A stretch of DNA of 63,777 bases, the filler included, from Octopus bimaculoides (taxonomy: Eukaryota), in the NCBI RefSeq assembly GCF_001194135.2. It is 8 parts of 7 records of this genome, joined end to end, with 100 filler letters (N's around TTAATTAATTAA, not from the genome) between each part and the next. Parts side by side here need not be neighbours in the genome. Positions count along the whole stretch, not along the records: positions 1 to 14,053 come from NC_068999.1; 7 more parts are not named here. One strand, 5' to 3'. Numbering within the stretch: the first letter of the stretch is position 1; every line of letters begins with the position of its first letter. The notes beneath the pieces are model-generated. The model had not been told where the DNA came from and searched no databases. It saw only the letters and a program-made list of their open reading frames with translations. The position numbers were made by a program, and so were the translations under genes. Below, piece by piece: positions 1 through 12,320 of this stretch.

Positions 1-60
<60 letters not shown>

Positions 61-81
61 ATAATAATAATAATGACAATA

Positions 82-130
<49 letters not shown>

Positions 131-165
131 TGATAATAACAATGATAATAATAATGATAATAAAG
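1..165. repeat. (AAT)n microsatellite with ATG/ACA variants
   Basis: Direct reading of the trinucleotide array; it explains the poly-Ile ORF 55..297. Confidence 0.95.
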
Positions 166-593
166 ACTGTCGTCTCTTATGTGGCATTGTGCTCCTATTT
201 GCTGCTGCGGTATTCAGCGTCGTTGGCCGGTTCTTTCTTCTTCTGTTTCCTTTGTTTTGTTCCAGATCGCAATTCCTCCTTTTGTTTCTTTATCTAATTC
301 CCCATCCGCCCCTTCACTCTTCTTTTCTTTCCGCCTTTCTGTCTGTCTGTCTGTCTCTCTCTCTTTCTTTCTTTCTTTCTATCTGTCTTTCTTCTTTTCT
401 TTTTAAGCAATACACTTGCTACACACCCTCACATTCCCCCACCGTCACCGCACGCGCTCGCACGCACACACACACGCATGCGCACATACTTTCCTTTGTC
501 ATTATCCGAACCTTTCCCAAGCTCTGTTTCCCACCACCATCNNNNNNNNNNTATACATATACATATATACACATATATATATGTATATATATA

Positions 594-625
<32 letters not shown>

Positions 626-689
626 AATATATATATATACATATACATATATATATGTGTATATATGTATATATATATATATACATGTT

Positions 690-733
<44 letters not shown>

Positions 734-929
734 CATATATATATATGCATACATACATGCATACATACACACATATAGACGTATGTATGTATATTGTCGT
801 TGTTTTTTCCTTCTCCTACCCTTTCCATTTGGTCTTCATTCTCAAACATCGTTATTATATGGCGTTTGGACCAATTGTTATAAAGAACAAAATATAACCA
901 ATAATAATAATAATAATAATAATAAACGG

Positions 930-1400
930 TAGGAGCCCCCAACCGATTCAACTGATTGCATGTTGACGTAGTCTTCGCCTTGTTACACTGGGACACACAA
1001 CAACAAATGCGTTTCTACTGACGGTTGGTCGGCCGACCATCCATCTTGAAACCAAACCAAATCGACATAGAGTTAAACGGACCATTAATAAGTTAATGCG
1101 GTCAGGGTCCCGTCTGGCAAGTGAAAACAGTCACCTGACGGCAGTAAGGCTAACAAAGGCCTTATATCTCTAAACTTTCCATTGACAGTCGATCCGCCCC
1201 GTCATTAATCAGACCTCCGATGGAGGCTAGATCACAAGTAATAGTCGAGGCCAATACCGGAAGTTAGCCAAATTGGCACCCCCCCTAGTCGTGTGTTGAC
1301 AGCCATCAATAACAGCTTGCTGGAGTTTTGCAATAACTAAGAGCCATTTAGGAACTGACGGGGCTGGCTTTGTAAAACTGCAGCGCTGTTTATGCGAAAT
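930..1400. promoter_or_regulatory. Candidate cis-regulatory island
   Basis: Unique, GC-balanced block between microsatellites. It has homeodomain TAAT/ATTA cores (1081-1100, 1201-1212), TGACAG at 1183 and 1297, CCAAT at 1251 and ETS-type ACCGGAAGT at 1256-1264. Motif evidence only. Confidence 0.3.
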
Positions 1401-1402
1401 TG

Positions 1403-1436
<34 letters not shown>

Positions 1437-1889
1437 GAGGAGGAGGAGGANNNNNNNNNNNNNNNNNNNNNNNNNNNNNNNNNNNNNNNNNNNNNNNNNN
1501 NNNNNNNNNNNNNNNNNNNNNNNNNNNNNNNNNNNNNNNNNNNNNNNNNNNNNNNNNNNNNNNNNNNNNNNNNNNNNNNNNNNNNNNNNNNNNNNNNNNN
1601 NNNNNNNNNNNNNNNNNNNNNNNNNNNNNNNNNNNNNNNNNNNNNNNNNNNNNNNNNNNNNNNNNNNNNNNNNNNNNNNNNNNNNNNNNNNNNNNNNNNN
1701 NNNNNNNNNNNNNNNNNNNNNNNNNNNNNNNNNNNNNNNNNNNNNNNNNNNNNNNNNNNNNNNNNNNNNNNNNNNNNNNNNNNNNNNNNNNNNNNNNNNN
1801 NNNNNNNNNNNNNNNNNNNNNNNNNNNNNNNNNNNNNNNNNNNNNNNNNNNNNNNNNNNNNNNNNNNNNNNNNNNNNNNNNNNNNNNNN

Positions 1890-1928
<39 letters not shown>

Positions 1929-2324
1929 ATGAGGGGTTTATACCTATATACATGCTTACGTGCAAGCACACATATAAAGAATATGGTTATACGCATACAT
2001 GTGTTTGTGACTAACTGCGCGTGCATGTGTATGCGCGCGCATTTAGATTAAAATCTACGTCTATCTGTATATACGCACCCATTTGTAGACGTCCTATATC
2101 TGTGTATGTATATATGTATATATATAGATATATATATATAGATATGTATATATGCATAAATGGAAACACACACACATACACACGGTCTAAATATATGTCT
2201 ATGTCAATCTAGTTGTACGTATGTTAAGTGTGTTTCTGTGTTTCCAGTTTGATCAAAATCTATGGCTACCCATCTGTATACACGTATCAATATATAGATG
2301 TATGTATATGTATATCTACCATCG

Positions 2325-2363
<39 letters not shown>

Positions 2364-2373
2364 NNNNNNNNNN

Positions 2374-2416
<43 letters not shown>

Positions 2417-2953
2417 CCATATGCTTATGTAACTATGTATGTAGTGTGTGAGCGCGCGCGCTATTCGTTCCATTTTTATAATAACCTATATGTGCAAACA
2501 CAGCAAACTCCATACACGTGTGTGTGTGTGTGTTCAAATATATATATGTGTGTGTGTGTGTGTGCGTACATATATATATATGTGTGTGGGGGGGTGCGTA
2601 TGTATGCATGTATGTTTGTGTATATGTATAGATGTAGACGCATCAACCCCCATACACATGTGTATCCGTATTAATCTATGTACGTGTATGTTTCTGTCAG
2701 TGTGCATGTGCTTATGTGTTCGTATGTGTATGTGTACGTGTATGTATATGTGTGGGTGTACGCGCGCATGCGCTTATGTGTGCGTTATTCTGCGCGTCTG
2801 TTCAATGTAGGGGAAAATGTTTCTAAACTATATAGGAAAGTTTAACGGTTAAGGAAAAACGACTCAGTGAACCGTGCAAGAATTCCCAACCACCAGACCG
2901 TTCTTATTAAATGGTTATCGATGTTATCATGACTTACGTTCATATTATTATTA

Positions 2954-3008
<55 letters not shown>

Positions 3009-3274
3009 TATTTTATTTTTATCATTATTATTATTATTATTGCTGCTGTTGGTGCCGTTGTTGTTGTTATTGTTGTCGTTGATGTTTTGTCAATGTGGCT
3101 TTTTATTTTTTTTATTTTTGTTGTAACAAGTCATTGATTTTGACTACAAAACAATTCTTACATGTAGTATTATACTGAAAATTCCTTCAGCGTTTAAAGA
3201 ATATAAACATCATCTAATATTGTTGGGTTTATGTTTCGTTTTATTTTTTATGATTCCTGCTTTCTTTCCTACAG

Positions 3275-3320
3275 TGATCAGTTCCAAAAACATCCCTTCC
3301 AATCGATGTATTATTATTGA
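3275..3320 (+). other. Possible terminal exon of an unidentified transcript
   Basis: Strong acceptor tgattcctgctttctttcctacag|T at 3274/3275. One frame reads DQFQKHPFQSMYYY*. AATAAA lies near 3443. No convincing donor. Confidence 0.2.
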
Positions 3321-3729
3321 GAAGAACGAGGTTTAAAAAAACGGAAAATTGACTCCTGTAAAAGGCTGTGTAGAATTTACAACCGAAACTGGTTGTTATC
3401 AAATTGTCAGACTAATCTTAATAACCGAACAGAATACCAGAAATAAAATAATTGGTATAAATACACCAGGTGTCCCAGCTGTAAATTACAGCTTTAACAT
3501 ATAATAAACTGGAAGGTGGAAGAATTGAAGAACTGAAACCAGCGATTCTTAGCATTTTTTTACTTCAAGCTACAAGTGAAATGGAATAGAAAAATTCTGA
3601 CGGATTACATATAAAAATTTTCAAAAAAGAAGCAATTTTTAAAGTTAAAAATTTAGAAAACCTACTAAAGTATTACGTGGTTTGCCTTATTTATTATGGA
3701 GGTGTACAACAAAATCACTTGTAAAACTT

Positions 3730-4190
3730 TTGCAAGGCATTCCAGTGGACAGTTTTTTTTAATCTAGGAACCCACATGTATCTCACCCTTGCCATACAGC
3801 TTAAAATCATCCACCAAGATGTGTTTTTTTCCCTTGAACTGATATCCCGCGTTCATTTTCATCAACACCAAGGCCAAAGAGATTATGCAAAGTACGGAAA
3901 GTAACAGAGATAAGCAATCTCCTAGAAAAATCCATCTTTTGATGTCCATAAGGTCCAATTCTTGTCCGTACAATCTCAGCTCAGTTTTCCAACCCACCAT
4001 ACCTCTCTTCGGAAAATATGTTACCTTCTTTGCAATTCGAAACATGTTTAAGCACTCAATGATCCACAAATATGAAATCATATTGTAAGTTTTACGGTAA
4101 TCAACCCAGAAGTGAGGGCCTTGTGTTATTTGTTGCATCATTTTCTTCTTTCTAATCTTACCGAGATCATCTTATCTTTCGATAATAAAA
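3730..4190 (-). mobile_element. R4/Dong-like non-LTR retrotransposon RT fragment (decayed)
   Basis: ORF 3764..4141 contains WVDYRKTYNMISYLWIIECL...WKTEL...DIKRWIFLGDCLSLLL...LVDDFKLYGK, the RT motif order of R2/R4-type LINEs. It resembles the elements at 48.6-54.5 kb. Confidence 0.85.
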
Positions 4191-5340
4191 TACCAGTGAA
4201 ATACTAGGGTCGGTGATATCGACAAAAATATCTTCTCAAAATAATGACCTTCTGAGTATTACTGTTGTTGTTGTTGTTTTTGTTGTTGTTGTTCTTGTTC
4301 TTGTCGTCGTCGTCGTCGTTAAACAGATGTGGACTGTCTGACTGACTAGGTGTGGAATCGAACAAAGCGTCTTTTGGCATTTAGTTACGACCCTTAATCT
4401 TCTCAGATTAAATTCCACCGAGACTTAATTTGCCTTGTTATTATCTCTTTGGAAATCGGTACAATAAGTAGGAGAGAATATTGCTAAACTATTTAGGAAA
4501 GTTTAACATTTGAGAAAACTAATTCATTGAACCGTACTGATATCGATTTAATCGATTATAGACCTCCTCTTCCTGTTAAGTGTCTTTGTATCTATATAAT
4601 ATATCGATATTCTAATCAAAATGGCGACGATTCTGTTAAGGACATCGTTAGGGAAGAATGAATGATTGATAACGATCCATCGAGGGACCGTCTATGTGGT
4701 CTCTTGATTTGCAAACATAGTAGAGAAGTTTCCTTCGGATTATAACCTTCTGTCGCGAAAGAAACGGGACATTTTCTATACTGAAGTCCAGTATACAACG
4801 GCCATGGGATGTTTCATGTAAGGAATGGCGTTCTTCGGCGGTCTATTCATTCGGGGCACATACAAAAATTATGGTTGTAGACGTGACTAAGAGAGAAGGA
4901 ATGGTTGTATGTTGAATGGTTACAGGTATATGATTATGGAAGGCAATGGAGAAGATAGATTTGTTTATACATGTGTGGGTTATAATTAAAAGAGCAAGGG
5001 GTTAACAAATAATTCATTCGTAAATGAATTAATTAGAAACATAATGTATAAAACAACGAAGAAGGAAAGAAAGAAAGAAAGAAAGAAAGAAACGAATGGA
5101 GGCACGAAAATATGAATATGGGAATTTTGACAAAATGGCTAGATGTGGATTTTAAAATATCTATTCTTCCGTCCATCCACTCTTGCTGTTAACTATCCCC
5201 CACCACTGTTCGAAAACTGGTGTTGGTTTGTTTATATTCCCACAATTTAGCTTTTCGGTAAAAAAAAAACAAAAACAAGATAGACGTGATAAATACAAGA
5301 AGTCCCAGACTTTAGAAATATAAGTGCTGTAGTAGATAGG

Positions 5341-5690
5341 TTAAAACAAAATTTTAGAAGACGGTGCTCCAGCATGGCCGCAGTCAAATGACTGAAACAA
5401 GCAAAAGAATAAAATACTATCAATGCGCAAATATAGAGTAAAGCAACTTACCTTCCCAAGTGATGCTGACTCATAAAACCGGTTTCCTGGTTTCATGGCG
5501 TATAAATTCGCCAACTGGATGGGACGCCAGTCTATCGCAACGTTACACATTTTTGCCAGCTGAGTGGATGGGAGCAACGTAAAATGAAGTGTTTTGCTCG
5601 AGAACACAATGTATTGCCGGTTCAGGAATCGAAACCACAATCTTACGATCGTGAGTCCAACACTCAAGCCAGTAAGCCATGCGCCTTCAC
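5341..5690 (-). mobile_element. tRNA-derived SINE
   Basis: The minus strand starts gtgaaggcgcatggcttactgg (A box) ... ggtttcgattcc (B box), followed by body and tail shared with other copies in the window. Confidence 0.85.
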
Positions 5691-6947
5691 AGAGAAGTGT
5701 AGGATTGACCTGAAGAGACTCCCTGGTCTCCAACCTACACAACCTATCAAATAACGTCACCTTGGAAATTTTTCCGAGGGACTTCATTTCTGTCGCTTGT
5801 ATTTGCAATCTTATTCTTTCGGTTTTGATCTAACTTTCATGGATATAGATGACGAATAGCATGGAAACCGAAATAAAGATAGCAAGTTTGGATTTTATAC
5901 TAACCCCTCCAATTCTGCAACAATCAAATATGTGAAATAATGAATAAATAGAGATATGAAGGTATGAATTCGTGTGGGGAAAACCACGTGGAAAGTTTGT
6001 CATATTTGACGATAAATAAAGATATGAATTTATTAATGAATGATTGGAAAATAGAAATTAAAAATTAAAAATTAATGCGCGGATATATGCTAATATACGT
6101 AAATTTTTTAAATAAATAGAAATATTAATAAATATAGAATAAACAGATCGATTCATGTTTGTTATTTAAGAATATTTTTTTATTAATCCTCATCTTTCTC
6201 TCCATCAGATATAACTCCTAAAAGTTCGCTTTTCCTAACTCCTCTTTGAAAAATTCTGTATAAGAAAGAAGGGAAATATATTTACATATCTACATATGAA
6301 CACACGCTGCATTAATGCATTCAGTTGCAATATTTTCTCGTTCCATAAATAAAGAGATTAAAAATAATAATATGATATATGATATGATATATATATATAT
6401 ATATATATATATANNNNNNNNNNNNNNNNNNNNNNNNNNNNNNNNNNNNNNNNNNNNNNNNNNNNNNNNNNNNNNNNNNNNNNNNNNNNNNNNNNNNNNN
6501 NNNNNNNNNNNNNNNNNNNNNNNNNNNNNNNNNNNNNNNNNNNNNNNNNNNNNNNNNNNNNNNNNNNNNNNNNNNNNNNNNNNNNNNNNNNNNNNNNNNN
6601 NNNNNNNNNNNNNNNNNNNNNNNNNNNNNNNNNNNNNNNNNNNNNNNNNNNNNNNNNNNNNNNNNNNNNNNNNNNNNNNNNNNNNNNNNNNNNNNNNNNN
6701 NNNNNNNNNNTGGTTATATGTAATATACTTCTATGCATATGTATGCATATGATATATACACACAAACACATACATTCACACACACACCCACATATACACA
6801 CATATATATATATATATATACAAACACATATGCCGTCTGATAAACTCTTGCCGTCCGCCACCTTTTCCCATTTACCTGTTAACTTCTCTCTAGTAGTTCA
6901 TCCAGGCTGTGGTCGTTTCTCTCTCCTCCTCCCCACACTCTCTCCCC

Positions 6948-6991
<44 letters not shown>

Positions 6992-7514
6992 GATAGTCTC
7001 TATCTTACTCTCACTCTCACTCCCACTTTGTCCTACCACCAGATTTGCCCAACTTCTCCGTCTCACACCCCATTCTTTCGCTAATACAAATTTCTATCTT
7101 CACTGATATCACTTGCTTCCTTTAATCGTAAAATGACATATTTGCTTCTTTTTTCATCCTGTGTTTCCTTCTCTTCTCATAGTAATGGCCGTTTGTTTTC
7201 CTTTCTTCCAATTTGTAAAGGAGACTCAAGACTACATACTATTTTTCCGCCATACGTTGCTTTCCTATTTCATTACCCACGTTCTAATCTAATCCAGTAC
7301 CCATTTCGTTTTTGCATATTCCCTTCCTAAATTTATAACTATAATCTCATATGTTTCTCATATTTTAATAGTTTACACCGTATTTCCATCGGAATCGCCT
7401 CTAATGGGTGATGGTAATCATTGGAATGAACAATATTATATTAGGTGTCGATATTGTTATGATTTACAATCGGCAACTGATGAAGGAATCATATTTATGC
7501 CCGTCCACTCGCAC

Positions 7515-7666
7515 TGTATCTTTCAGTTTCCGACTACTAAATCCACTCACAAGGCTAGGGTCGGCCCGAGGCTATAGTAGAAGACACTTGCACAAGGTGC
7601 CACGCAGTGGGGCTGAACCCGGAACCATGTGGTTTGTAAGCAAGCTACTTACCACACAGCCACTCC
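7515..7666 (-). mobile_element. tRNA-derived SINE (ggagtggctgtgtggtaag family)
   Basis: A/B-box head plus gcaagtgtcttctactatagcctcggg body; similar to copies at 38.1, 43.4, 47.7 and 60.1 kb. Confidence 0.85.
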
Positions 7667-8678
7667 TATATATATATATATATNNNNNNNNNNNNNNNNN
7701 NNNNNNNNNNNNNNNNNNNNNNNNNNNNNNNNNNNNNNNNNNNNNNNNNNNNNNNNNNNNNNNNNNNNNNNNNNNNNNNNNNNNNNNNNNNNNNNNNNNN
7801 NNNNNNNNNNNNNNNNNNNNNNNNNNNNNNNNNNNNNNNNNNNNNNNNNNNNNNNNNNNNNNNNNNNNNNNNNNNNNNNNNNNNNNNNNNNNNNNNNNNN
7901 NNNNNNNNNNNNNNNNNNNNNNNNNNNNNNNNNNNNNNNNNNNNNNNNNNNNNNNNNNNNNNNNNNNNNNNNNNNNNNNNNNNNNNNNNNNNNNNNNNNN
8001 NNNNNNNNNNNNNNNNNNNNNNNNNNNNNNNNNNNNNNNNNNNNNNNNNNNNNNNNNNNNNNNNNNNNNNNNNNNNNNNNNNNNNNNNNNNNNNNNNNNN
8101 NNNNNNNNNNNNNNNNNNNNNNNNNNNNNNNNNNNNNNNNNNNNNNNNNNNNNNNNNNNNNNNNNNNNNNNNNNNNNNNNNNNNNNNNNNNNNNNNNNNN
8201 NNNNNNNNNNNNNNNNNNNNNNNNNNNNNNNNNNNNNNNNNNNNNNNNNNNNNNNNNNNNNNNNNNNNNNNNNNNNNNNNNNNNNNNNNNNNNNNNNNNN
8301 NNNNNNNNNNNNNNNNNNNNNNNNNNNNNNNNNNNNNNNNNNNNNNNNNNNNNNNNNNNNNNNNNNNNNNNNNNNNNNNNNNNNNNNNNNNNNNNNNNNN
8401 NNNNNNATATATATATATATACGCACAAAGGAAGCAAAAGAGAAAGAACCAAAGAAAGAACTAAAGAAAGAAAAAAAGGAAAGAAATAAACAAACAAAGA
8501 GAGAGAAAGAAAGAATGAGAAAAAGAAATAAATGATAAATATCGAAAGGTAATCATAAATGTAAGTATGAGATGGCGTCTTTTAAAAACACTGATAATAA
8601 AAAACGTTGCGACTTCATCAACTTATGTAATCACATTAGTGTATATACATCTGGCTATAAGTATCATCATCCCCCTTA

Positions 8679-8759
<81 letters not shown>

Positions 8760-10388
8760 TGATAATAATATGCCATCATATAACAATGTATAACGTAATT
8801 ATTCTTCTAATATGATGTTAACACAAAAAAAACTATTTCTTTCGTTTTTGCATATATTATTACGAAACTAGTATTCATAATTTGGATATCCTGCATAATA
8901 ATTATATTTTCTATATTCTAATATTATTTTCCAATATGTAGCGATGATGACATCGATGTGTTCTATATAGGTCACTGCACACATACCTGTNNNNNNNNNN
9001 NNNNNNNNNNNNNNNNNNNNNNNNNNNNNNNNNNNNNNNNNNNNNNNNNNNNNNNNNNNNNNNNNNNNNNNNNNNNNNNNNNNNNNNNNNTATTATTATT
9101 ATTATCATCGTCATCATCATCATCATCATCATCATCATCAACGCCATCATCATTATTATAGAACAGCAGCTTCATGAAAATGACAAAAGTTCTATACCAT
9201 AAATTTTTAAATATCTATGCATTTGTGAGTACGTATTAAATATATATTACATACCTATATAATCCGCAACTTATATATAGGAAAAATATATGTTGAAGCA
9301 TAATCCATATCAAATTCACACCATCAAGATATGTAAGGTGTTGTAGATTTGCGAAATAAAAAAAATTAAAAAAAGCAAGAAGATAAAATAGAAAGAAAAA
9401 CAACAAAATCAGTTATCATTCATTTGAAATAAATAAAATAAATGTTAGCAATGCAAATAGAATTTTGATGGAAAAGGAGACCAGCTGACAGCTTTTACAA
9501 TGAGCGAGTGGTTAAATCGGTAGAGATATACTTAGAATTGCTCGTCTGTGAAATGCCCACCTTTTCTCCTGAGATATTTCCTCTTGTATAAGCCACTAAT
9601 TTTTAAAATGTTACATGTGTAATATGTGAATAATCCCCAAAATTTTGCTTTTTGTATATCCTTATTACTGTTTTGTTTTTATTTTCTTTCGTTTTGTTGT
9701 TCCTTCGTAACCTCTCTCTTGTCTTTTCTTTTGTTTTTTTTTTTCTCTTTATTTGTTTTCTTTTCTTCCTCTTTTTTTTTTCAATCATGAGATTTGTGTA
9801 ATTCTATTTCTGTATTGCAGCTAATAACTATTATCGACACACAAAATTCAATAAAGATCGTAACCCGAATGCTAATGATATAGATGCTATCAATAATAGA
9901 ATGAACAGAACAATATCTATAAAACAGGATATCAAGTTCATAGCTAATATCAATATTACGAGTGATATTATTTCAAAAAGAAAAAAGGAAGACATAATAC
10001 GAAATATATGCGAAAAGACAAGAAAGAAAATAAAATGAGAAATCATTTTCATTGCGTACATGTAATATAATTTCTACACCATAATTTTAAAATTATAAGA
10101 AATATATTTTAAAAATCGAAATATTATGTTCCATATAGCAAATTAGAATTAAATATAGCTGCGTATTATGCTGAGGTTTTTAAAATGTAATAATTGTTGT
10201 AGAATTCATAGTTATACAAAATGAAATTGTAATTGTGATTTTGTATTCAAAGGTTCGATCCGACTTAACAAATTTGCGTTTCAAAATGGTTTAAGCGTTC
10301 ACACGACCAACCCGAGTATAACATAACCAGTTCGTCCATTGTTTAAATAGAATCGAATAAAATATCACGTTATCTTTAATGAATTGTA

Positions 10389-10996
10389 GGGACACGATAT
10401 TTCGTTATGCAACCATAATATATACCATAAAAAACATGTTAATTTTTTTTAAAGTTACTACCTTGTTCTATTGTGTTAGCAGTGCTCTTACATCACTTGT
10501 CAAGGTTATCTCTACAGGTTCTCTATAGAAATTAAAACCAGCACTGATTGCGTTACATTTGGTATTTGAGACACCACATATAAACAACAGCCATGAGATC
10601 GAAGACGAAATATGGATGATGGGCGTATATGCCATATTTCAGGAGTTCTGCCTCTTCATCAGCACCCATCTAATCCATTAACCATCCACAAACTCATTGC
10701 TTGAATAGTCACTGAATATAGCGGTATAACATTAGTAGATATACCAATTTACATATTAAACACATTATTAGAAGCTCATACGTAACTACTAAAGAAAGGT
10801 CGGGACATCGTATTTCGTTATGCAGCTATAATATGTTAAACGTTTTTATAAGTCAATATTGCGTTCTATTGTGTTAGCAGTGCTATTCAATCAGATTTTC
10901 TATAGAAATTCTAACTAGCGCTGATTTTGTTACGAAACGTCGTAACAAGACCAGTGCTGGTTATAATTTCTATAGAAAATCTGTAGAGATAACCTT
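10389..10996. mobile_element. Direct-plus-inverted repeat structure resembling a Penelope pseudo-LTR or retrozyme
   Basis: Unit A (10389-10556) is similar to unit B (10802-10933), a period of about 413 bp. An inverted partial copy follows at 10942-10996. A hammerhead lies between the direct copies. Confidence 0.5.
10612..10678 (-). ncRNA. Type I hammerhead ribozyme (predicted by manual folding)
   Basis: The minus strand reads AUGGAU-UA-GAUGGGUG CUGAUGA AGAGGCAGAACUCCU GAA AUAU GGC AUAU A CGCCCAUC-AUCCAU. This gives a complete core, a 14-bp bulged stem I, an imperfect stem II, a 4-bp stem III and an AUA cleavage triplet. Confidence 0.75.
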
Positions 10997-11190
10997 AATA
11001 CATTATCCTTGTTAAAGTGTTGGATCACAGCAGGAGCGCCAAGATTCACATATAAATACGAGGCAATACAGTACATGCCTCATGCTAACATATTACAATT
11101 TTTCAAATCCACCGCGCAAGCGCAGTTTTTTGTTGGCAGCAAATAAAATAATGCCGACTTGCTTCGAAAAATTATACAAAAATTTATTGA

Positions 11191-11262
11191 TTTTTTTACT
11201 ACCAGTGGCCTAGCATGTAGAAAACTAGTTTTCTACATGCTAGGCCCTTGGAAGTAAAAAAT
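11191..11262. repeat. Palindrome with a perfect 40-bp loopless core
   Basis: ggcctagcatgtagaaaact|agttttctacatgctaggcc (11207-11246) is exactly self-complementary; the imperfect arms extend about 16 bp further on each side. Confidence 0.9.
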
Positions 11263-11744
11263 TCTAAAACTTTTCCTAGCCTGATATTTATTAATATTAT
11301 ATATATATATATATNNNNNNNNNNTCAGGAAAGCAATAAAAACAGATTTCACAAGTACTTACGTTAAGTGCATTCAGCAACTGTTACATTAAGATAAACA
11401 CCAACAAAGATATAAATACGCAATTATGAGACATTTTTAATTTAAATTAAACTAACACAAATTAATATAAAAGCGGGGGTCTGATATTAATTGAGACCTT
11501 AATTACCGTGGATTTCTTCTTTGATGCTTCCACACCAATTCTTCATCTGTATATAGAAAGCATAAACGGAAGTATACGCTTGTGTGTGCATACATATGCA
11601 TTTGTTATGCAAATCTGCATTTACTTTATAAATATATAGCTACCAAAATATATTTATATAGCTTTTACTGTGTTGTTCTTTTACTTGTTTCTGTCATTTG
11701 ACTGCGGCCATGCTAGAGCACCGCCTTTAGTCGAACTAACCCTT

Positions 11745-12320
11745 CTGAAGTTCCAAGTGTTATGCATACAAAATTTCCTGCAACTGACATGGTTTTAGGG
11801 GTTGTCAGCAATGAAGGACATGTGATGCCTCCTTACTTCTTTCCACAAGGCCTTAGAGTTAACTCTGCCGCCTACATTGATGTCCTGGAAATAATTGTTA
11901 AGCCCTGGATAGACAGTGTATGCAATGGAAGGCCATACGTGTTTCAGTAAGACTTTGCACTATCACACATGGCTCTAGTAGCGCAGGAATGGATGGCCTA
12001 ACATTTGGCCTTCTAATTCACCAGATCTCAATCCATTAGACTATTACATGCGGAGCGTTGTTGAGAGAGAGGTCAATGAACACGACCATAACATGAAAGA
12101 TTCTTTGTAAGCTGCCATAGTCAGAGTAACATCCAAAATGAACCAAGACCGCTTGATTCGAGCATGTAGATGATTTAGATCTCATATAGAAGCAGTTATT
12201 GAATAACATTATAGGAAAATTGGTTTATTTTTATCCTCATAGTGTTTTTTGATAAATGAAATTATTATCTGTTATTATATATCTGTTTTTTTTTTATAAA
12301 CATAAATCTGTCCTCACATA
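11745..12320 (+). mobile_element. Tc1/mariner-superfamily (maT-like) transposase C-terminal fragment, pseudogenised
   Basis: Translates as HTKFPATDMVLGVVSNEGHVMPPYFFPQGLRVN...YVFQ*D...WPSNSPDLNPLDYY...RSHIEAVIE. The SPDLNPLDY motif indicates a DD..D-type enzyme. Contains stops and a frameshift. Confidence 0.85.

Noticed and set aside
5705-5740. Hammerhead candidate CTGAAGA GAC-tccctg-GTC
   Set aside because: Followed by TCCAAC rather than GAAA; no remaining core.
7474-7505. CTGATGAAGG motif
   Set aside because: No downstream GAAA or closing stems.
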